Source: Thermoanaerobacterales bacterium | GTDB lineage: Bacteria > Bacillota > Thermosediminibacteria > Thermosediminibacterales > Tepidanaerobacteraceae | DNA: 64,000 bases | Assembly: GCA_012840135.1 (NCBI GenBank) | Contig: DUMA01000018.1 | Coordinates: 119,150 to 183,149, forward strand | Direction of reading: 5' to 3' | In this document: in pieces, positions 8,850-14,808 of the stretch | Position numbering within the stretch: position 1 is the stretch's first letter | Layout: the number at the start of each line of letters is the position of its first letter | Position numbers and translations under genes: made by a program | Notes under the pieces: generated by a model | What the model saw: only the letters and a program-made list of their open reading frames with translations | Databases searched by the model: none | Told to the model about the DNA's origin: nothing

Positions 8850-9206
8850 GCATCTTCTTTCTGATACGCACTCTCATTCGCTTCTCTCACGAACAGGAGG
8901 GAAGGTTTGGCATTTGACAGTCCTCGAACCTCCTGCACAGTACTTCCTCCTCTTTGGTGGATCTCTCAGAGGAACGACAGGAGGTAGAGAGACGTCTGGC
9001 AAAACCTCCTAGGAATCGGAGTCAGTAGACTCGACCTCCCTAGGGGTAGTAAGGGTTTCTGTGAGGTAGAGAGAAGTGGCCTAGACGGCAAACAGGACCT
9101 CACAAGAGAGTCCTCGATTACAAGAGAGACCTCTGTGGTGTAGTACTCATTCTACACCTTTCGGTTTTCGGTAGGGAGTACTGGCAGTAGCCAGTGCTCT
9201 CTTTTT
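8850..9206 (+). ncRNA. Candidate structured non-coding RNA inside the element (boundaries approximate)
   Basis: No ORF of 60 codons or more. Stacked helices include CAGGAGG 8894-8900/CCTCCTG 8929-8935, CCTCCT 8946-8951/AGGAGG 8979-8984, GTGAGGT 9061-9067/ACCTCAC 9096-9102 and GGTGTAG 9136-9142/CTACACC 9152-9158. The region ends in a plus-strand-specific terminator, while the flanking genes are on the minus strand. Confidence 0.3.
9177..9206 (+). terminator. Intrinsic terminator (plus strand only)
   Basis: GAGTACTGGC-AGTA-GCCAGTGCTC followed by TCTTTTT. There is no U-run on the opposite strand. Confidence 0.6.
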
Positions 9207-9312
9207 ATGCTCCAAGAAAAAGTTCCATTCTTTCGTCGAAGTATAAAATAGTTGATGAAAAAAGTGCCTAGGTGCAAATCGGTTTATAATTGGGTATGAA
9301 ACCAAGAAAATC

Positions 9313-9341
9313 GGTGGGAACCACGTGTCCCACCTGTTTTT
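9313..9341. terminator. Bidirectional terminator-like hairpin
   Basis: GGTGGGA (9313-9319)/TCCCACC (9328-9334) with TGTTTTT on the plus strand and GATTTTCTT on the minus strand. It sits just downstream of the minus-strand gene 9362-9646. Confidence 0.55.
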
Positions 9342-9361
9342 ATGAGAGAAAAGGAGTGTGA

Positions 9362-9646
9362 CTACTTCTTGCTAGTGGCTCTACTTGCCTGAGCAAGCTT
9401 CTTCCGAAGTGAAAGGAACTTCCCCACAGAGACAGTGAGAGAGGCATCGTACCTCATCCGCTTCGTGGCGAACTCGAAGACATCTACGCCATCCTCTCTG
9501 TTCGTGAAGGTAAACTCTGTCCCACGGTCAGTCTGACGTGTCGTGTACGGAAAGTTGAAGTAGGCAAGCACTGTGGCGACATTCAGGTCACCAGTTACAA
9601 ATCCAGTTCTCTCCTTGATAGGAGCTCCCTGTTTCTTCTCACTCAT
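9362..9646 (-). CDS. Hypothetical protein (94 aa)
   Basis: Clean ORF with element-type codon usage, followed by a terminator hairpin. Confidence 0.55.
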   Translation of the reverse strand: MSEKKQGAPIKERTGFVTGDLNVATVLAYFNFPYTTRQTDRGTEFTFTNREDGVDVFEFATKRMRYDASLTVSVGKFLSLRKKLAQASRATSKK

Positions 9647-9671
9647 TTGAACAACCTCCTCTTGAAAAAGT

Positions 9672-9926
9672 TTAACCTTTCAGAGCTTCTTGACGGTACT
9701 TCTGAAAGGCTCTGTTGGCTTCCTCACAGGCTTCTCGGACCGCTTCTTCCTCTTCGTCATAGACCGGTTCGTCTAAATCTGCGGTGAAGAGACCAGTGCC
9801 GAGCAAGTACTCGGCTTCATGCATGGGGACATCGATGATATCTCCGGCTTTGCAGAACACCTTCGTCTTCTTGTTTTTGTAGTCCACCAAAGAGAAGGAC
9901 CTACCTCTGACGAGTTTCAGTTTCAT
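9672..9926 (-). CDS. Hypothetical protein (84 aa)
   Basis: ATG at 9926 preceded by AGGAGGTGAG. The longer listed ORF (to 10052) overlaps the upstream gene. Confidence 0.55.
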   Translation of the reverse strand: MKLKLVRGRSFSLVDYKNKKTKVFCKAGDIIDVPMHEAEYLLGTGLFTADLDEPVYDEEEEAVREACEEANRAFQKYRQEALKG

Positions 9927-10005
9927 AGGCTCACCTCCTGAATCACGCTTGGTCTTACGAGTAGACCACGTACACGGAGCAGTTAGACACCTCTCCTCAT
10001 CTCGC

Positions 10006-10854
10006 TTACCTCCCTCCGTACTGCTTTTCGATTTTCTCAATGGTCTCCTCAATCTTGTTAATCGGGGTCACTTCCGCAGGAGCGGTTATCTCTTTGTACT
10101 TGATGCTACGCCAGATTTCCAGCCCCTTCTGTGTCTGTGAGAGAGCAGTGTTCAACCGCTTCATCAAAGCCTCACGCACCTTCTGGTATGGCAGTCTGTC
10201 GATGGTAGCGTAGAGCTTTGCGATGTCGTGAATGTCGATAGGACGCTCGGACTTCTGCATCGTGGAAGAGAGCATCGCATTCGTCAACGCAGATGCAGTA
10301 GCCTGCTGATGCTTCAACGAAGCGGTAATACCAAGTGCGTCCATGTTCTTCTGACGGTTCTCTGTTCGCTGCTTTCGCTCGTTTTCAGCCTCTTGCTCTT
10401 TACGCTGTTTGAGAGCTTCCCATTCAGGCGGTTGCATACCTTTGATGAGCTCTGCAACTTCCTCCCTCTCAATCTCCTCACGTACCTTCTGTGGGTTGGT
10501 GAGGGCTTTCAGTAAATCACGTCTGAGACTCTGGAATTGTTCATTTGTCAACGCCATATCGGAATCATCCTCCTTTCCTGATTTGCGAAGGCTCTCATCA
10601 ATTGCCTTCTGTTGCTTGACAACAACTTCAATAAGCTTCTCGACCTGCTCCGGTGGGAGTTCTCCAATGGCTCTCCGAGCCTTCTCAATAAGCGGTTTTA
10701 GTACTAGTGGAGGATAGAAGAACCTTTTTGAAGTTGTTCCCACAGGAGTCGGCTTCTCCTCAACGATGTTCGCATCTTTGGTGATGTGGTACAGTGCGTT
10801 GTCGATGCTGAAAAGAGTGTACTCCAGCTTCGACTTTGGAGTGTTGTTGCTCAC
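10006..10854 (-). CDS. Hypothetical coiled-coil protein
   Basis: GTG at 10854 lies 7 nt after GGAGG. The central region is rich in E/K/R/Q heptad-like sequence. Confidence 0.55.
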   Translation of the reverse strand: MSNNTPKSKLEYTLFSIDNALYHITKDANIVEEKPTPVGTTSKRFFYPPLVLKPLIEKARRAIGELPPEQVEKLIEVVVKQQKAIDESLRKSGKEDDSDMALTNEQFQSLRRDLLKALTNPQKVREEIEREEVAELIKGMQPPEWEALKQRKEQEAENERKQRTENRQKNMDALGITASLKHQQATASALTNAMLSSTMQKSERPIDIHDIAKLYATIDRLPYQKVREALMKRLNTALSQTQKGLEIWRSIKYKEITAPAEVTPINKIEETIEKIEKQYGGR

Positions 10855-10858
10855 GTTA

Positions 10859-11254
10859 TCACCTCCCCACTGACTCGTAGATTTTGTCAACATCCTTCGT
10901 GCTCGTGAACAACTCCACGGTTGCTACTAGCGACTGCATCTCCAACAGTCTGTCAAGCTCCTTCTCGTCTTTTGGTAAGTCCTCTACGTAAAGGAGTCCG
11001 ATGCCTCTTCCTCGTGGGTCTTTCTTAATCGGCAGATTGTCAAGTGCAATCGCAGTGGTAGAGAGCTCCAGCATCAGGTCCATTGCTTGACAGAACTTCT
11101 CCCACCAGTCTTCACGGATGACGATGGGAGTACCAGGCTTCCTCAACCTCAATGCTGGCAACCGATGTGTGGCGATGAGGTACTTGATAAACTCTCTACT
11201 GTAACCCCAGTACTCTTCAATTTCCTTAAGTGTCAGCCATTGTTTCTGCTTCAT
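10859..11254 (-). CDS. Excisionase/MerR-like HTH DNA-binding protein (candidate recombination directionality factor or regulator)
   Basis: N-terminal WLTLKEIEEYWGYSREFIKYLIATHRLPALRLRKPGTPIVIREDW fits the excisionase-family HTH_17 pattern. Strong RBS GAGAGGAGGGAG. Confidence 0.6.
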   Translation of the reverse strand: MKQKQWLTLKEIEEYWGYSREFIKYLIATHRLPALRLRKPGTPIVIREDWWEKFCQAMDLMLELSTTAIALDNLPIKKDPRGRGIGLLYVEDLPKDEKELDRLLEMQSLVATVELFTSTKDVDKIYESVGR

Positions 11255-11272
11255 CGTACTCCCTCCTCTCGT

Positions 11273-11286
11273 CGAACGTATGTTCT
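11273..11286. promoter_or_regulatory. LexA box-like site CGAACGTATGTTCT (reads AGAACATACGTTCG on the minus strand)
   Basis: Both half-sites are intact (GAAC-N4-GTTC). It lies 19 nt upstream of the excisionase-like start codon and abuts a TAATAG -10-like hexamer on the minus strand. Confidence 0.5.
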
Positions 11287-11325
11287 ATTATGTAAAAATT
11301 CTATAATAGGTCACCGGAACTTTAT

Positions 11326-11380
11326 AGAGGGCCTTGTAAAAATTTTCTACGAATTTTGACAAAATTTTACAAGACCCTCT
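11326..11380. promoter_or_regulatory. 20-bp inverted repeat (operator or leader hairpin) in the divergent control region of the element
   Basis: AGAGGGCCTTGTAAAAATTTT (11326-11346) against AAAATTTTACAAGACCCTCT (11361-11380). Further TTGTAAA-type half-sites occur at ~11290 and ~11389, and TTGACA at 11356-11361. Confidence 0.55.
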
Positions 11381-11451
11381 TTATTTTTCTTGTAAAGTTC
11401 ATTATAATATTATCATAAGCAGTTAGAAAATTTTAGTAGAGGAGGAAGATT

Positions 11452-11811
11452 TTGATGGCACGTAACCAGAGTGTTCAACAGCAAAATAACGAGAGGGAGG
11501 TCCAGACAGTGAAAGTCGAGTTCGTCGTTTCCACCGACAAGAAGGAAGTTGACCCGAAGCTGGAGGAACTTCGGAAGCGGAGAGATACCTACAAAGGGAA
11601 TCTCGCGTATGCAATTGCACAACAAGACAAGTACAGCAAGGATTACACCGAGGCTCTCAACCGGGGTGCTGACCAGCTTACACTTGACCGGTTGGAGTTG
11701 AAACTTCGGGAGGCTGACTTGCGAATCACCTTCTACAAAGAGAAGCTGGCGAAGGTCGAAGAGGAAATCATTCGGTACAAGCTTGAAAGGAAGAAAGAGG
11801 CGGTTGCGTAA
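11452..11811 (+). CDS. Hypothetical coiled-coil protein (119 aa)
   Basis: ATG follows GGAGGAAG. It is the first gene of the plus-strand operon that ends with the recombinase. Confidence 0.55.
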   Translation: MMARNQSVQQQNNEREVQTVKVEFVVSTDKKEVDPKLEELRKRRDTYKGNLAYAIAQQDKYSKDYTEALNRGADQLTLDRLELKLREADLRITFYKEKLAKVEEEIIRYKLERKKEAVA

Positions 11812-12414
11812 ATGAAACGAGCAACTGCCTCTCTCACTTTTCGGAGGAGGATAGGAGTACTGTTCGTTCTTATCCTCCTTTCCTTTTTGGTACTGGTACT
11901 CCGACTGGCGTACATCATTTTCTGGTGGTACCCTTACCACGAGTACAAGCGAAATCCACCACCTCCCGCAGACAGTGGGATAGTCTATACAGTCAAGAAC
12001 GGAGACTACTTGTTCGCCATCAGTAAGAGGTTTCAGGTTCCACTGAAGAGCGTTATCCGACTGAACGACATTAAGAATCCAGACCTCATTCATCCAGGCG
12101 ACAAGATACGGATTCCAGAGCCGCTTCCAGCTTATCCGAATGAGGAGATAATCGTTGCTCTGGAGAGTCCAGCGAACTTTTGGAAGGGAGTGAAGACAGT
12201 GTGGGGAAAAACACGTTGTCGCTTCGCAATCTTCGGAGTGAAGAAAGACGGAAAGGAAATCCTCTGCGGCAATTGCACCTACGGGACGAGAGAGGAAGCA
12301 GAGAAAAAGCTTCCTCTCTTTCGTCTCATTTTTGAGGTGAGAGGCTACCAGTTGGAGATACGACCGTTCGACATTCGTGAAAACTTGTCCACATTCAAGC
12401 ATATAATGCAGTAA
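11812..12414 (+). CDS. Membrane-anchored LysM-domain protein
   Basis: N-terminal TM segment IGVLFVLILLSFLVLVL. LysM motif YTVKNGDYLFAISKRFQVPLKSVIRLNDIKNPDLIHPGDKIRIP. Confidence 0.75.
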   Translation: MKRATASLTFRRRIGVLFVLILLSFLVLVLRLAYIIFWWYPYHEYKRNPPPPADSGIVYTVKNGDYLFAISKRFQVPLKSVIRLNDIKNPDLIHPGDKIRIPEPLPAYPNEEIIVALESPANFWKGVKTVWGKTRCRFAIFGVKKDGKEILCGNCTYGTREEAEKKLPLFRLIFEVRGYQLEIRPFDIRENLSTFKHIMQ

Positions 12415-12437
12415 GAAAATGTTTAGGAGGGAGAAAA

Positions 12438-14108
12438 ATGAAACGAGCAGCGATTTACGCCAGGGTCTCCACAGAAGACCAGACAGACAATACCTCATTC
12501 GACACGCAAGTAACGGACTGCCGAAGAGAGGCAGAACGTCGAGGATACATCACAACAGAAACCGATGTCTACTTGGAGGACGTGTCAGGAGCTTACGGCA
12601 TTGACCGTAGACCAGTCCTCCGTACCGTGTGGGAGAAGTACCAGACAGGATTCTACGATGCCATCATCGTCTGGCACACTGACCGATTGAGCAGGAACCT
12701 AACCGTGTTCACTGCTCTCGTTAACAGTGCACGAGAGAAACGTCAGTGTGGAACAAAAGGAGACGGATTCATCTTCGCCAGAGTTCCCACAGAGGATACT
12801 GCCGAAGGACGACTCCTCCTCAACCAACTGGCAAGCTTCGCAGAGTACGAGAGGGAGAGAATCCGTCTCCGGACTCTCACTGGTAAACACAGTCGAGCGA
12901 AGGAAGGAGCATTCTTCGGTGGAGGAGAGCTTCTCGGTTATCGGTGGAACAGAGAGAAGCGGAGATGGGAAGTCGTTGAGGAAGAAGCAAACATCGTCCG
13001 TCTCATCTACCAGATGTACGTCTACGGTATGGACGGTGAGGGACCTATGGGTACGATGAGGATTGCAGAGAGACTCCAGCAACTCGGGATACCCACACCC
13101 AACCAGATGAAGGGAACTCGTCTTGGTAGACCGAGCAAGAACGGTAAGGTTGGTGAGGTCTGGTCAGAGACCACCGTCCTACGCATCCTCACGAACACCG
13201 CATACGTCGGAGAGCACTACTTCTGGAGAGAGTCGAAACCCATTACACCGGAGAGCATCAAAGAGGAGTGGATACCAGTCGAGTTTCCAGCAATCGTTGA
13301 CCGTGACCTGTTCGAGAAGGCTCAGGAGAAGCGGAAGAACGCTCGTGGAGGGTTCAACCGCAAGAAGCCAAAGCCGCTCCTTGCAGGACGTATCCGTTGT
13401 GGTCTCTGCGGTCACGCGTACGGTGTCTGCGTTAGTGGGAAGAAGGATGCGTACAAGTGCAACGGACGACTGAAGAAGTACCACCTTGACGGCTCTCCTC
13501 GCTGTACCTCACCAATCCTCTTACAGGAACCGTTCGAGCAAGCGGTGAAGGAACTCCTTCTCAATGCCTTGTCGAGTCCTGAATCAGCACGGAAGGCGGT
13601 GGAGGAGTACCTTTCCAGTCTGGAGAGGAAGAAGGTCGAGCTTGAGACCATCCTCGGTCCAGCAAACGAGCAGCTCTCTACGGTACAGGAGAAGATGCGG
13701 AGGTTGGCAAAGGTCTACCTCTCCGGAGTGCTTGATGACGAAGAGTACCACAGAGAGCAAGAAGCGTTGAGGGAGCAGGAGCAAGCCATCCGTCAGAGAT
13801 TTGAACGTTACGGTACCGAGTTCGATACTCTTACCAATGTTCAACGACACATCGAAGACGTAAAAGTCGTTCTGGAGTCCGGACTGTTCGATGTCCGCTA
13901 CTCCGGTGATGAGCACGTGGTGGAGGAAGTTGCTTTCGTCAGAGTCAAGGACGAGAAACACTTGACGGTAGGATTCCCACAGAGAGCAATAACATGGGAA
14001 GAGCTCCTCGACCTCTTTCAAGTGACGTGTTGGGTCTACGAAGACCGTATCGAGGTGAGAGGACTCTTCCCACTCAAAAATCTACCAATTCATAAAGCAT
14101 TAAATTAA
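12438..14108 (+). CDS. Large serine recombinase (resolvase catalytic domain + recombinase domain + zinc ribbon + coiled coil)
   Basis: MKRAAIYARVSTEDQ (catalytic Ser motif)...DRLSRN...; zinc ribbon CGLCGHAYG..YKCNG; C-terminal coiled coil; 556 aa. Confidence 0.95.
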   Translation: MKRAAIYARVSTEDQTDNTSFDTQVTDCRREAERRGYITTETDVYLEDVSGAYGIDRRPVLRTVWEKYQTGFYDAIIVWHTDRLSRNLTVFTALVNSAREKRQCGTKGDGFIFARVPTEDTAEGRLLLNQLASFAEYERERIRLRTLTGKHSRAKEGAFFGGGELLGYRWNREKRRWEVVEEEANIVRLIYQMYVYGMDGEGPMGTMRIAERLQQLGIPTPNQMKGTRLGRPSKNGKVGEVWSETTVLRILTNTAYVGEHYFWRESKPITPESIKEEWIPVEFPAIVDRDLFEKAQEKRKNARGGFNRKKPKPLLAGRIRCGLCGHAYGVCVSGKKDAYKCNGRLKKYHLDGSPRCTSPILLQEPFEQAVKELLLNALSSPESARKAVEEYLSSLERKKVELETILGPANEQLSTVQEKMRRLAKVYLSGVLDDEEYHREQEALREQEQAIRQRFERYGTEFDTLTNVQRHIEDVKVVLESGLFDVRYSGDEHVVEEVAFVRVKDEKHLTVGFPQRAITWEELLDLFQVTCWVYEDRIEVRGLFPLKNLPIHKALN

Positions 14109-14113
14109 TTTAT

Positions 14114-14560
14114 TTGCTTCAAGAAAAATTTGGTGTGCCTGTAGGATATGATTTTAGGTTATATACGTATGGTCCTTTTGCAAAAGGAATATTGGATGAT
14201 CTTGATTATTTATCCTTTTTAGAAGCTGCAAAGATTAATACAAGTGATGGGAAATATGAAATATTACCTGGTGACGATTCTGTCATAGATTATATTTATG
14301 GAAAGGCTAAACCATTTATTGATGAAAATAAAGATATCATAAGCCGTATAGTTAAAGAATTTGGTCATTTACCCGCAAAATCCCTTGAATTAATAACCAC
14401 GATACATTATATTATAAACGATTATAAGGAAAACAATATTGATTTCACAAAAAAGGATATATCCACCTTAATACATGAAATTAAACCATACTTCAGCGAG
14501 GAAGAAATTTTAGACAAAATTAATGAACTTGAACATGAAAAGTTTATTGAAATTTTATAG
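14114..14560 (+). pseudogene. 3' part of the interrupted YwgA/Panacea-like gene
   Basis: LLQEKFGVPVGYDFRLYTYGPFAKGILDDLDYL.. continues the frame of 4940-5047. It parallels ..FHYYGPYSDTLTIKLEEL of the intact paralog. Confidence 0.7.
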
Positions 14561-14808
14561 GACTATTTTACAAAAGGACATTGCCAAGAGGACGGGAAAC
14601 GGCCTTTTCATTTTCTCATGAAAACCTTTGGTTCTTTTTAGGCGCTGTATAGAGGGGGGAGCCCAAAACGGCAGCAGTAAATAATACTTCTGGTGCACAA
14701 TATATTTTAAAAGCCTCTAAAGAACTTGATGAATTATATAATGAACTCATAAAAGAATTTGAATCGGATAGCGAATGCGGTAATTTTAAAAGTTATAATA
14801 ACCCTGGA

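Larger units (their letters stand above)
5043..14113. mobile_element. ~9.07-kb integrative element with a large serine recombinase, inserted in the YwgA-like gene
   Basis: TTTAT occurs at both junctions (5043-5047 and 14109-14113). Joining 5047 to 14114 restores ..RTALVNTLY-LLQEKFGVPVGYDF... Hand counts give ~47-52% G+C on sampled lines, against ~28% in the flanks. The recombinase stop codon is 5 nt from the right junction. Confidence 0.85.

Noticed and set aside
8608-8877. 89-aa minus-strand ORF in the non-coding block of the element
   Set aside because: The segment is AT-rich and low-complexity. The ORF has no RBS, and its 5' end runs into the hairpin-rich core. It is better explained as non-coding or regulatory DNA.
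11413-12498. 361-aa minus-strand ORF spanning the element's plus-strand operon
   Set aside because: It runs antisense to three well-supported genes (the coiled-coil gene, the LysM gene and the start of the recombinase gene). The product is Leu/Ser/Cys-rich with no motif and no RBS. It is a typical shadow ORF in G+C-richer DNA.
14561-14652. Possible ncRNA or terminator between the YwgA-like 3' fragment and the RT frame
   Set aside because: Only weak, imperfect hairpins are present (e.g. GAAAACC-TTT-GGTTCTTTT). Nothing stands out beyond a possible weak terminator. It is kept only as a note within the RT finding.
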